From: Octopus vulgaris
Lineage: Eukaryota
Assembly: GCA_951406725.2 (NCBI GenBank)
Contig: OX597831.1
Span: forward strand, 79,298,001 to 79,362,000
DNA length: 64,000 bases
Reading direction: 5' to 3'
In this document: one piece after another, positions 27,712-42,355 of the stretch
How positions within the stretch are numbered: position 1 is the first letter of the stretch
Layout: every line of letters starts with the position of its first letter
Notes under the pieces: model-generated
Database searches by the model: none
What the model saw: the letters and a program-made list of their open reading frames with translations, nothing else
What the model was told of the DNA's origin: nothing
Made by a program: the position numbers and the translations under genes

Positions 27712-28305
27712 GACTAAACCATTCGAGGCTGTGCTCCAGTGTGGCCGCAGTTAACAGGCTGAAACTAAAGATTCAAAGGCAAAGTCGACCCTGAAAGAAA
27801 GAAATAAATAAAGAAAGAAAGAAAGAAAGAAAGAACGAAAGACCACGGTTTAGTCGAGCAAAGCTTATGATATGTGACTGCCTCAGGAAAATGGTTTGGA
27901 ATTAGTAGCGCCATGGTGTCTTGGTGTTTCTCATGCATTCTTTCCACGGACTTAATACGGTGTCTAGGAATAGCTGAGAAGGGTTTCGACAGAGCAATTT
28001 TAAAACTAAGATATATTCACAGCATGGAAAAGAAGCAAAGAAAAAAAAAAAGGATACATGTGTAGGTGTGAAAGAAAAGCAGAAAAACAAAGAGATAAAG
28101 AGAGGCAATGAGGGGAAACAGAGAGACGGGGGAGGAGGTATAGGAAAGGGAGATAATGCAATAAGGAAAATTTAACAAAATGTGGAATTTAGGAGTAAGG
28201 GTCTGAGCGGCAAACAAACAACCATACACACTTGCATACACATATTGATATACGCACGTGTGTATATGTGTTTATGTGTATGTGTGCGATTGCATACGCG
28301 CGTGG

Positions 28306-28355
<50 letters not shown>

Positions 28356-28552
28356 GGTTATATAGATTGATTAATTAATTTAGAATGGAAGAAGATTAAG
28401 ATAAAGAAGCAAGCAAGCCGTTTGAGAAGAGAGATAAGTAGATACATGATATATCAGGTACGCCATTACATATTAGGTGCTTGTTGATAAAGCAACGATT
28501 TTAAATAAAAGTTTTACATACATACGTACACACATACAGACAGACAGACATG

Positions 28553-28602
<50 letters not shown>

Positions 28603-28766
28603 TAACTATATGCATATACGTATGTATATTATATATCTATATATGCTTATATACTTTTTGCTCTTGCGTCTCACGTTTGATCTTTGACTTCTGGCCGAAA
28701 TCAGATCGCCATGTTGATTCGCTAGCCTCTGCACGCATTTTTTTCTCTCCTTGTTTCTTTCTGTGT

Positions 28767-28806
28767 GTCTTTCTGTTGAAGAGCGTAGGCTCGAAACGTA
28801 AAAGAC
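28767..28806 (+). ncRNA. Minimal type-I hammerhead-like motif (A6U core variant)
   Basis: GTCTTT-CTGTTGA-A-GAGC-GTAG-GCTC-GAAA-CG-TA-AAAGAC. Perfect 6-bp stem I, 4-bp stem II, ACGT palindromic stem III. Confidence 0.65.
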
Positions 28807-28910
28807 TTGTTTTATTTATATTCCTGAGCGCCATACTAATACAATTGTTTGTTTGTATTCCACCTGCCTTCGTCTTTTGTTTATTTTCATAAAGCTTCCC
28901 GTTACATATA

Positions 28911-28950
<40 letters not shown>

Positions 28951-29471
28951 TATAGATATATATATAACAAAGACAGACAGAGCTGTAATATTCGAACCAT
29001 GTAACAGCCGGTTTACCGGTAAAAATAAATAGAAAACGTTTGCTAAATATATCTGTCCAAATTTGCAACTTATAAGCGTTTTCAGCGTAAAACTAACAGC
29101 TCCGACGTTACTCCATTATTGCTCATCACAGGAGAATCATGGATAATATCGCCACCACTTGGTCACCACAAATACAGTCCAGAATATGACTCAAAATGTT
29201 TACGTTTATAAACGGAGCAAACCCTAATACAGGCTATGGAAGTCTTTGTGCAGCCCGGGTGGTAAGAGAGGGGGTTGGAGGTGTTTATAATTGGTGGGTT
29301 TGATAGATTGATCAAGGAGGGATTTGGATTTGATAGAAACGGTGATCAGCACCTGTAGAGTCTAATCTCTTCTTTGCTATTTATCTTAAGTGGTACTCGT
29401 AAATAACACTACCACACACACACACATGTATAAACAACATATATACATACGGACATATATCAATATATACG

Positions 29472-29541
<70 letters not shown>

Positions 29542-29633
29542 CATGATATATAAATTCTATACATACACACACACACACATATATATTCATAGATATGTAT
29601 GAATATATATATATATATATACATATATATATA

Positions 29634-29793
29634 GGCGCAGTCGCAGCTGTGCGGTAAGAAGGTTTCTTCCCAACTACATGATTCCGGGATTAGTCCCACT
29701 ACGTGGTACCTTGGTCAAGTGTCTTCTACTACAAACTCAGGCCGACAAAAGCCTTGTGAGTGCATTTGGTAGACGGAAACTGAAAGAAACCCG

Positions 29794-29795
<2 letters not shown>
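29634..29795 (+). mobile_element. SINE family A 5' half
   Basis: tRNA-like head plus core-like segment, ending in (TA)n. Confidence 0.8.
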
Positions 29796-29855
<60 letters not shown>

Positions 29856-29856
29856 G

Positions 29857-29888
<32 letters not shown>

Positions 29889-30411
29889 GATGCATACATA
29901 TGCATATATATATATATGTACATATGTATGTGTATATATATATGAGTGTGTTTGTGTGTGTGCGTGTATGTGTTTATACAGATATATATCCTTCTTCGAG
30001 CTCTCTCTTCCTATCATTTTATAAGCAGCCCATTCCTCTCACCTCTTTCACCTAGTTACAAATTTGATAAAAGCCCCTTTGAAAGATTACATCGAGATAA
30101 GAGAGTTTCAGATGTGTTACGTAAGCGAGATCCTTCTTGGTATCATCAACCTAAAACTTCGCCCGTTTCTGTTTTTTATTCTTTTTTAATTTCAAACCTG
30201 TATTGCCGTCCCCAATACTTCCCCTCCGTGGGCGGTCGAGAGGAAATCTTATTAAACTGATGGATCAAAAAATCTTTGCCGCATTCGTTCTGGTTGCGTA
30301 CGTTATGAGTTCAATTCCCACCCAGGACAACTTGATCTTTCATTCCTCCATTATAAGCCGAGCACAAGGGTTCTAGTTCTTGTTCCAGTTTTAGGAAATA
30401 AATTTCTAAAA

Positions 30412-30620
30412 TGAGGATGGTTTGGCGTGGTTGTTAGCAAGCTCGGAAGAACGCTTGGCGGCATTTCGTCTGTCTTCGAGTTCTACGTTCGAATTCCACC
30501 AATGCCTTTCGCCCTTTCGTGATCGATAAAATAAGTACGAATTGATTAATGGTATCCATGTTAAGGGCTTACCCAAATCCCCGCTCGAAATTGCTGTCCT
30601 TGTGCCAAAGTTTGGAACCG
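30412..30620 (+). mobile_element. SINE family B, diverged
   Basis: gcatttcgtctgtc...ttcgaattcc...gcctttcg...gatcgataaaataagtac. Confidence 0.6.
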
Positions 30621-30846
30621 TTATTATCGACAAGATGGAGTGCTGGCAGAAACGTTACATCCAAGACGAAAGCAGTTTTGCTTCCGGTTCTGTATATTCT
30701 GAATTAAAATCCTTTGAATGTCAGTTTTGCGTTTCGCTGTCTTGGATTCGATAACATCAAGAACTAGTCAAATACTGCGGTCGATATTATTCACAAGAAA
30801 TAAATTTGCAGGCATTGAGCTTAAGTTTGAGCTCTCTGTCTGTCTG

Positions 30847-30954
<108 letters not shown>

Positions 30955-31002
30955 TAGGTAGATAGATAGATAGATAGATAGATATGTGTGTATGTGTATA
31001 TA

Positions 31003-31047
<45 letters not shown>

Positions 31048-31302
31048 TCAATCTACCTATTTGATACACACACACACACAATCGCGCGCACGTACGTCTT
31101 TTTCTTTTCATTCTCTCTCTGTTTATTTCCTCTTATTCGTTTTTTGTTAAAGAGCTTAGGTGCGAAACGTAAAAGACCTTTTCGTTTTTCCCGAGCGTCA
31201 AACTAATAAACTTGCTTCTTCAATTTCAACAATCTTTATTATACAGATAGATATACACAGACAAACAGATAGGCAAATATATAGATAGGTAAATAGATAC
31301 AC

Positions 31303-31385
<83 letters not shown>

Positions 31386-31389
31386 TAGA

Positions 31390-31482
<93 letters not shown>

Positions 31483-31534
31483 GTAAATATATATATGTAT
31501 ATGAATATATCTATATCTATATATATGCATGTAC

Positions 31535-31565
<31 letters not shown>

Positions 31566-32101
31566 TACATACATGCATATATATAGATATACATATATTC
31601 ATATACATATTTGTATGTTTGTGTTTGTGCCGTGTGTGTGGAATCGATTTAGAATGTCAAATGTCTTCCCATACAGTTAACGCTGATCTTTTTCCATTTA
31701 GTTCTTCTTTAATATTGCTCTATTTTATATTTATCTGTATTTTTTTATAGGGAAAGTGTCATTTTAGAATAATTTTTTTTATTCTAGGGTAGGGGAGGTT
31801 TTTTTTATTGGATGTTGTCAGCTTTCTTTGATTATAAATGTGTTTTCCAGTATTTGCGTGTGTGTGTGTGCCTGTGTGCGTGTGTGGATGTGTGTGTGTG
31901 TGTGGGGGGGGAGAAGGTGAAGCGAAGGTGTAGCATTTTAGCTAATTAGTAAGTGATAGGTGAAAATGTCATTACTGGCAATCTCAAGTTCTTTGAGAAG
32001 CTTTGTTGCAAAAATAGACTTGAGAAAAAAGAAAAGCTGAAGCATTTAAATATAGTTTTCAGTTTGCACCCTCCCCCCACCTATTCACGAAAGTATATGC
32101 A

Positions 32102-32167
<66 letters not shown>

Positions 32168-32497
32168 AATATATATATATATACACATATAAATATATAT
32201 ATATGTACACACACACATATACATATATTCCTATTAGCATATTATATATTAAACGTGTGTATGGGTGTGTATACCGAAATGTATATATACATGAATATAT
32301 ATATATATATATATACATATACACACATATATACATGTTCATACACTCATATATCTATATACATCTATATAAAATTACATATACATACATATATATTCAC
32401 ACACATACATCTCTCTCTCTATATATATATACATATATATATGTGTACATATATAAAGATATTTCCATGTATATATATACACATATATATATACAGA

Positions 32498-32534
<37 letters not shown>

Positions 32535-32730
32535 TATATACATATATATATGTATATACGCTTCATGAATATATAATTAGTCATTCAAACTGAACACACG
32601 CCCACAAATACACACAGAGACACGCATACACACAAATACACATGTATATGTACGTATATGTATAAGCACACACATACCGTTTAACGTAAATAACTGTGTA
32701 ATTATATATATACATATATATATACATATT

Positions 32731-32774
<44 letters not shown>

Positions 32775-33026
32775 TGTATATATATATATATATACATATA
32801 TGTATATATATATATATATATATACATGTGTATTGTAATTGTTTTCTTTCTTATTTCTGTTGTTTTATTCCATTTATTTATTTATTTATGTAATCATTTA
32901 TTTATGGCATGCCTCTTTTTGTGTGTGTCAGCGTAATTGTGTTGTATATGTGCCTATTGAGAGAGGGGGGGTAGGTGTAGAGTAATTACTGGAAAATACC
33001 GACACATATATTTGAGAACGAGAGAG

Positions 33027-33068
<42 letters not shown>

Positions 33069-33321
33069 GGGGAGAGAGAGAGTGACAGAAGCGGACCAAG
33101 ACGAACTGACAAACAGACACACCGACGAACAGCGAAGCAGGCAGAAGAAAGACAGTGAGGTTGACTAAGTTCAAATTTTGAACATAGAAAAGCGTTGTTT
33201 TGACTCCTATTTCTAGCAATACTGGTGCTTATTAATGCCCTTGTTCACTTTAGTGGCGTATATATTTCTGCCTTTAGGATTCTGCGAATTAGCCACCCAT
33301 ACTATTTACATATATACACAT

Positions 33322-33431
<110 letters not shown>

Positions 33432-33504
33432 GTATGTAAGTATGTATTATGTATATGCACATCCTAGGCCTCCTTCGGTTACGATGACGAGAGTTCTATT
33501 TGAT

Positions 33505-33645
33505 CCGATCAGCGGAACAGCCTGCTCGTGAAATTAACGTGCAAGTGGCCGAGAACTCCACAGACACGTAAACCCTTAACGTAGTTCTCAGGGAGATTCA
33601 GTGTGACATAGAATGTGACAAGGCTGGCCGTTTGAAATACAGGTA
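33505..33645 (-). mobile_element. SINE family D 3' part
   Basis: Aligns with 19555-19695. Confidence 0.8.
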
Positions 33646-33854
33646 CCAGAGAAAGAGAGTGAGAGAAAGCTGTGGTGAAAGTGTACAGCAAGATATATAT
33701 ATATATATATATATATACAGATATAAATATGACAGCTCACTCATCCACATGAATATGTGTGTGTGTGTATAACTTAGATAACTTCGATTGGTTTCGGCCA
33801 TTATCGACCCAGGCCATGACTAACTCAATAGCACTACTTGGAAAAGTCTTTTAG

Positions 33855-34277
33855 TTAATCATTTCGGGACACCATGGACCACTCAAGCAGAGAGTTGTTG
33901 TTGTTGATTGAGGCGTATCCAGGTGTAGGTGGTTTATCCGGTATTTTCTGTAGGAATATGTCCAGGTACCGTTTGAAAGTTCTAAGATCTTTTTCTACTT
34001 TAGTTTCTTTTGGTATAACACTGAAAAGTGCAGGACCATTTGCAGTGAAGAAATCGTGTCTCAATGTTCTTATGTGATGTGATCGCGACCTTTGTAGGGA
34101 ACGCGCAATGCACGGGGGCCTAGGCTTGGGTACATTGTAGACATAATACCGATATCATTTGGATAGTATTGGTGGAATATTTTCCTCATGGTGCAAATAA
34201 TGTATCGCTCATGGGCGACGTTGCAGAGAATAGCGTTTCAGCTGTTTAAGTCGAGACTAATAATGAAGTCCCAACAT
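33855..34277 (-). mobile_element. Decayed CR1-like LINE, RT C-terminal fragment
   Basis: Minus-strand translation RLKQLKRYSLQRR..ERYII...FFTANGPALFSVIPKE...FKRYLDIFLQKIPDKPPTPGY...NSL, typical of the CR1-group ORF2 end; stops and frameshifts present. Confidence 0.75.
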
Positions 34278-34343
34278 CATTATATATAAATGGATATATA
34301 TATGTGTGCGTATATATATACATATATATATATATTCACACAC

Positions 34344-34376
<33 letters not shown>

Positions 34377-34402
34377 TTATATATATATATATATAGAGAG
34401 AG

Positions 34403-34459
<57 letters not shown>

Positions 34460-35256
34460 TAGATATAAAGACATATATAGGTTATGAGAGGTAATGGTGT
34501 CAGTAAAGCCCAAAGGTGTCAGGTAATACTGAGTAAGTGCTATGGACAGACCATAGTTAAGCTCCAGGTTCGGTGATTATGCAAATGAGAAGTCCAACGT
34601 AGGTCATGTATCAGCGTGTGTATATAAATAAGTCTTACAGCTATTTCTAAAATCATCTCACTTATTGGCCCGTAACCAGCATAGATCCTGAGAGGCGGCA
34701 AGCTGGCAGGAATTTTAGCACAACGGTCAAAATGTTTAACAGGATTTCGTCCATCTTTACGTTGTCCTGCGAAGTCGACCTTAAATTTCATCATTTCTTG
34801 GTTGATAGAATAAATATCAGTTGAGTGCTGGGGTCGAGGTCCCTCGAATTTCCCGGCCAAACTGTGACAAAATTTGAATTTAGTACCATGGAATCGAGAA
34901 ACTAGCATTGCTTAAGCGGCTTATGAACATCCGTAGAAATGAAGGGGTGTAGCCTCTACACCTCTAAAGTTATGAGGTTCAGCACTAGATCTATTTAATC
35001 TTGCTTAATTGCATTACAAGGGGATATAAAATAGAATTAAAATATAGAACATTGCTTCTTTTCAGATACAAACGTTTACATATATTTACTAAGATTCTAT
35101 ATATTCTATATATTCACGCATTTAATTAAGATAGGTGTTATCCCCCCTGGCAGTACACGAAATTTATAAATGTACAACGGCATCTATTATACGAGAGATA
35201 GATCAGAAATCCTTTTCGCGGCATTATTGTGTTGCTAATGTTCTTATTGGTGATAA

Positions 35257-35470
35257 GGCGGCGAGTTGGTAGAATTATTAGCTCACTGGGAAAAATGCTT
35301 AGCGGGATGTCTGGATTTGCGTTATGAGTTCAAATTCCGTGAAGGTCGACTTTGACTTTCATCCTTTCGGAGTCGATAAAATATGTACCAGTAGATGTGA
35401 TAGACCTACCCCACCTCCACGCCGCAACCACCCCGCTGAATTTGCTGGCCTTGCGCTAAAATTTGAAACC
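35257..35470 (+). mobile_element. SINE family B
   Basis: ggcggcgagttggtagaa head, gagttcaaattcc B box, tttcatcctttcggagtcgataaa central domain. Confidence 0.85.
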
Positions 35471-35559
35471 ATTATTATAATTATTTCCATTTCATTCGTC
35501 AGAGCTCTCGACTTCACTTGCACCGGTTAATTTTGTACGAATGAACAGCAACCTGTTGT

Positions 35560-36033
35560 CACGATACTTTACACCGAAGTACCAATCTCAAGATCCCATC
35601 TGTCCCCAATAGAGCAGTTTTTAAAACATGTCCTCTCATGTCAATTTCTCTAACAAATTCCTCAAGCCTGTTTGATATTGCTTCTAATACCCGTACAACT
35701 TCTGCGATGACAGTTGCTGTCTCCATTGCTCCAATTCGTGGAATTTTATCTATAAGTAGCTCGTATCGTTCAATCTTTTCCCGTTTTTGGTCATCCAATC
35801 GTAGATCCCTAAGTAGGGAAATATCTATGTTCAAGGTTTCCTTCTTTCCTATATTCACGACAACAATGTCTGCTCACTGAGCATCAATCACTCTGCTACA
35901 CTGGATTGCAAAATCCCAGAGGATCTTAGTCATTATTCACGGTGACGTCTACTGCTTTGAGTTCCTACCGTTCCTGTGTTCTTTCAAAAGCGTACTTCTT
36001 ACACAATCTCCAGTGAACAGACATAGCTGTTAT
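35560..36033 (-). mobile_element. R4/Dong-like non-LTR retrotransposon 3' fragment (restriction-like endonuclease)
   Basis: VHWRLCKKY...ILWDFAIQCSRVIDAQ*ADIVVVNIGKKETLNIDIS...KREKIERYELL...LKTALLGTDGILRLVL resembles the RLE (RPD..D..K..Y) domain; disrupted. Confidence 0.8.
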
Positions 36034-36034
36034 C

Positions 36035-36037
<3 letters not shown>

Positions 36038-36101
<64 letters not shown>

Positions 36102-36171
36102 TCTTCTTCTTCTTCTTCTTCTTCTTCTTCTTCTTCTTCTTCTTCTTCTTCTTCTTCTTCTTCATCATCAC

Positions 36172-36216
<45 letters not shown>

Positions 36217-36234
36217 TATCATCATCATCATCAT
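36038..36234. repeat. Compound (ATC)n(TTC)n(ATC)n microsatellite
   Basis: Directly visible. Confidence 0.95.
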
Positions 36235-37434
36235 AGTGAGCTGGTACAATCGCAATCGCGCCGTACAAAATGCTTACCGACATTTCGTCCGTCTTCGCAT
36301 TCTCTCTCTTTCTCTCTCTCTCTATATATGTGTATGTGTGTGTGTGTGTGTGTTTGTGTGCGTGTGTGTGTATGTATACCTGTATGTGTGTATGTATTCA
36401 TGTATATATATATGTATGTAGGTAGATAGGTATAAATACACACACATGTATATATGTATCCACACAAATATACATACCCAAAATATACATGTATACATAG
36501 ACGTATATTTACACATGCACACACACAGATACACACAGGCATACACACACAGAGACAGACACAGACACACATAAATATATATATACAGAGTTGTTTGTAT
36601 GTATATGGACATCTATCTGTATCTCAACACACTTTTGTGTGTGTGTGTATGTGTGTATGCGTGTGTGTATGTATATATGTATGTTTGTATGTATGTATAT
36701 ATGTATGTATGTATGTATTTATCTATGTTTGTATGAATATATGTATGTACGTATATGTGTGTGCATACCTATGTATATATAGAGAGAGAGAAAGATATGG
36801 AGGGGTATACATACACATAGATATATGAAGTGTCCCAAAAGAAAAAATAAGGCACCATTTAAATATTCCTTGAAGTGATGGCCCATTTAAGAGTCACCTT
36901 TCCATATATGTATGCATTTTTATACATGTCTTTGTGTATGCGTAGAAACAACGATGTCTACACACTTACGTAGATGTGTGTATATAAGATATAAACACCA
37001 AAGCGTTTGTCTTACATCAGGTGTTTGTGCTTGTGTGTGAGTTTAAAACTAGGAATCGATAATCTATTTTCTGAATGACGTCACAGATTCGATACGTTAA
37101 CTTGCCAATTATAAAAGACGTTCAAAGATGGCGGCGGCACAGCCTTTACTTTCATATTGCACTCGACCGCCATCGTATATAAGTCTGTTGAGAATTGCCG
37201 TGCAATCTGCTTCTTTTAATGGACGGAATAACACGACAGCAGCAGCAGCAGCAGCAACAACAACAACAACAACAACAGTGACATTGGCGGTAATAATAAA
37301 AATAATAACAATTGCAATAATAATAATAGCAATAACGATAATAATAACATTAAAAATAATAAGAACAGCAACAACAGCAAAAACACGAATAACAAAATAC
37401 AACAGCCACTACAACAACAATAATGATAATAATG

Positions 37435-37507
<73 letters not shown>

Positions 37508-37752
37508 CAACAACAATAAACTCATGATAGTGGTGGTGGTCGTGGTGGGGCTGTTAGAATGCCATTTAAAACAGAGAATAGTGCAATAACATGTGTTTGT
37601 GCAACTGTTGCAATCTGCAAACTAGTTTGAAGATACTCCCCCCCCCCAACCGTTTCCATATACCAAATAAAAGCATATTATCGAGACAGTAATATAAATT
37701 ATATATATGCATAGATAAATATACAAAGATATATATACATACATATATATAT

Positions 37753-37855
<103 letters not shown>

Positions 37856-38132
37856 TGCTTGTATGGTGGGGTGGTATTTATATATTTATATTCGTAAAGT
37901 GAAAAATACTGTTTGCTTAAATATTCCCCGTCTCTGCCCTTCACAAAATTGATGACTATGAAGTTTAAAGCATTGCGGAAGAATTATTGGAGATATGCAG
38001 ACATAGAAGCAGATGATGGTGGGGGAAATTGAAACTGTTATGCACCCCACCCCAACACCGCCACATAAACGCACATAAATATATATCGAAAGATATATGC
38101 TTCCATGCATCTTTGTAAATATATAAACATAC

Positions 38133-38181
<49 letters not shown>

Positions 38182-38290
38182 CAAACACATTTATATATAA
38201 ATATACACACACACATAAATATATACGTATATTGATATACATACATATACATACATATACATATATATATATATATACATATACATACAT

Positions 38291-38321
<31 letters not shown>

Positions 38322-39426
38322 CATATACATACATCTATATGTATATACGTATAATTATAGGCCCATACATGCATATTGGTAGAAACGTAGAAACGTAGAT
38401 TCAATCTTACATATAGAGTTATTTCGATAGATACGTACACAGATACATACATGCATGTATAAATGCATATTTAAATACATACGTACATATATACATACAT
38501 ATGTATAGGTATAGATAGAGAGCGAGATATATAGAGAGACTGATATGTAGATAGATAGATAGATAGATACATACATACATACATACATACATACATACGT
38601 ACCTACGTACGTACATACATATATATACATACATACATACATACATACATACATACATACATACATACATACATACATACATACATACATACATAGGCAG
38701 ACAGACCATTAGATAGAGAGATAAGTAGAGAGAGAGAGAGAGATAGAAGTAGAGATAGAGAGAGAGAAGTAGAGAGAAAGAGAGATATATAAGTGGAGAG
38801 AGAGAGGGGGAATGAGAAAGAGAGATGAGGGATGAAGAAAGAGATGGTGGGAATGAAGAGGGACCTGAGAAAGCAGGAAAAGAAAATTCGGATATTATTA
38901 GAAAATGAAAGACTTTCGGGGGAAAAGTAGGAAGGAAGAAAAACGATCTCCAAAAAGGAAGGATTGAACGAACGATAGAAGGAAAGAAAGAGGAAGGAAG
39001 GAAGAAGGAAGGAAGGACGGAAGGAAGGAAGGTAAAATGTTCGTGGTGATGATTGTGTAGGTGGAGGTTGTATTCGCTTCTGGGTGGCGTTGAAAATAAC
39101 ATGTAAAATAACAAAAATCACAAATATATAATGAAAAGGTTATTCCGAAAAAAAAGAAAGAAAATAGAAAACGTACATGCATCCACACACACACACATAC
39201 ACACACGCATGCACGTATATGTGTGTACACATGGATATATATATATATATATGTACATATACACATATAGTTACATACATAAATTTGTGTGTGTGTGTGT
39301 GTGTTTGAACAGATTTTCTCACAGGTCTAAGGGCGTTTGAATTAATGAAGGGTTTGCGGCGATGTTGCATGTGTACATACGCATAGCCTTTTTCTTTTTG
39401 CTTCATGAATGATATGAAATATATCA

Positions 39427-39474
<48 letters not shown>

Positions 39475-39604
39475 CCACAATACACATATTTAGAGCAAAA
39501 TAATTGTATTTATAAAGGCAATATGAGATATTTCAACACTTAAACGTGTTGCTTATAAATATGTGCACACCTATGTATACAAACATCAAACATTCACCTA
39601 CACA

Positions 39605-39658
<54 letters not shown>

Positions 39659-40097
39659 GGTATGTGTGTGCACGTGCAGTCGTGTGGCTTTTTCCTTTCA
39701 CATGCAAAATGCTTTGACTTAGTTCCACATTACTTGCAGTTTCGCCTCCTAAGTCTACGAAACATTCAGCAATGAAATCCCCAATTGAACTGTCATTGAG
39801 CACCGGTAACTGCGGCCAAAACCGTTGCATTTTACTCGCTTTCAATGACCCAATCAATCTTCGATGTGCACACGTGGTTGTGTGCAGAGGGTCTGACGTT
39901 TACTAGCAAAACACGCCGAGCTGTCACTTGTCAACCATCATGCTGACAATGTATATGATATTCATAGCCCCTATATCTTGGATTGAGCACAGCACTTTCA
40001 CAATCATCACTGCTTAGTTTTTTTTTATATTGACACATACACACCTACACACAGTTTTATATTTTCACACACACCTGCGTACACACTTACATATATA

Positions 40098-40132
<35 letters not shown>

Positions 40133-40178
40133 CATACATGCATACACACACACATATATATATATGTATGTATGTATG

Positions 40179-40229
<51 letters not shown>

Positions 40230-40249
40230 GTATACATACATACATGCAT

Positions 40250-40374
<125 letters not shown>

Positions 40375-40381
40375 GTGTACG

Positions 40382-40480
40382 TACGAGGTGAAGCTGAAAA
40401 TTCCTGGCTTTGGGTAACAGAAAATACAGGAGGATCTGTTAATTATGACCTTATTGAACATTCCCCTCTCAGATTTACAC
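40382..40480. mobile_element. Possible mariner terminal fragment
   Basis: tacgagg...gctgaaaattcctggctt resembles a mariner TIR start; no partner TIR seen. Confidence 0.35.
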
Positions 40481-40564
40481 AGCCATCAGTTTTTCTAAAG
40501 GGAACTCAGAAGGTTGAACCTCAAACAAAAGATTCGCGATATCTTCAAAGCCAGCAAATCTTCA

Positions 40565-40602
<38 letters not shown>

Positions 40603-40812
40603 AATGTATCATATTAGTTATGGATTGGAAAATAAGACATGGATGGCATGAGATGTGTGAATGGTAAAGCGTAGGAGAATTTCCAAAGAATGAAAGATTG
40701 AGTAAAGAGAAATTGTTAGTAAACGGAGCCCCAAAACGTCTTTGATTAAAATGAACCCATTCCTTAACCTTTGTAAACACAGCGAGGAACATCGTTCACT
40801 GCTTATATATAC

Positions 40813-40879
<67 letters not shown>

Positions 40880-40905
40880 GACAGACACACAGGTAAGTAG
40901 GTAGG

Positions 40906-40974
<69 letters not shown>

Positions 40975-41047
40975 GGATGGGCAGACAGACACATACATAC
41001 ACACACCTACATACATATGTACATACATATATGCATACATACATGTT

Positions 41048-41380
41048 TATGCTAAACTGAGAAATCTGCAGTTACTCTATCCAGATATATACCTGTAATT
41101 ACTGGGGTCCTGGGATATACCTCTAATTACCGAGGCCTTGGAATATGTAAAATACTGCCTAACAAACAATCTTGAGAAATTACGCTTCTCAAAACCAGAA
41201 ACGAGAAAGCTGATTCGAAGACTATAGATCCAATCCATCACTGGAACTGTAGAAATCTGTAAAACTCTCCAGAAGGTTATCATTTAAATATATATGGACA
41301 TGTCTAGATATGCAACTATATGCAGGATAATATATACATAAAGCAACACATACAAATTTGCACATGCATACATACATACA

Positions 41381-41412
<32 letters not shown>

Positions 41413-41570
41413 CATACATACATATATACATACATAAATACACGCATACATACAAAAAATACCCTGTTGTTGATGTTGACATTCCAATGAAGGAGCCTTG
41501 GATCTAGGTTAGAAACCAGCTCTTTCCCTATTGGCAAGAAATCTTAAAATAAAACTGAACGATGACATAC
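41048..41570 (+). mobile_element. Second RLE-type non-LTR 3' fragment with putative 3' UTR
   Basis: RNLQLLYPD..IPVITGVLGY / IPLITEALEYVKYCLTNNLEKLRFSKPETRKLIRRL*IQSITGTVEICKTLQKVII*, followed by a UTR-like stretch ending aataaaactgaa; flanked by (CATA)n-rich DNA. Confidence 0.65.
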
Positions 41571-41817
41571 AAGCATACATACATGCATACATATATTCAT
41601 GTATTCATACTTACATACATACATACATACATCGCACATATACACACATATTTTACCCGCAAGACATTGTTCGGTATAAAATAAATATGCTTAACCTACA
41701 AAATGTATTGAATACTTTTTTGTATGCAACTTGCTCTGCCTAAGCACACATGTTTAAAAGTATATATAATTGTATATGATATGCATAATACACACACTCA
41801 CAGGCACGTCCGAACAA

Positions 41818-41897
<80 letters not shown>

Positions 41898-42085
41898 GTA
41901 TATATATGTACATATATATATATATATATGTACATATATACGTATGTATACATGCATGTATATGTATCTATGTATACGTAAATATATGGATATGTATACA
42001 CACACACACACACACGCACATATATATATATGTATCTATGTATTCTATGTACATATATATTGATATATATGTATATGTATATATC

Positions 42086-42127
<42 letters not shown>

Positions 42128-42129
42128 CA

Positions 42130-42176
<47 letters not shown>

Positions 42177-42268
42177 CAACTGTTATTTTTAAATTCCTTA
42201 TAAGGTTTTCTTTCCTTGGTATTCTCAGCAAATATTTGCTGATCAATTTCTTTTATCACCATCACCAC

Positions 42269-42355
<87 letters not shown>

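Noticed and set aside
37154-37173. tattgcactcg, resembling the 5' end of miR-92
   Set aside because: The 3' half diverges from miR-92 and the seed region is poorly paired in the local hairpin.
40634-40656. aagacatggatggcatgagatg, loosely like miR-71
   Set aside because: Seed mismatch and no precursor hairpin.
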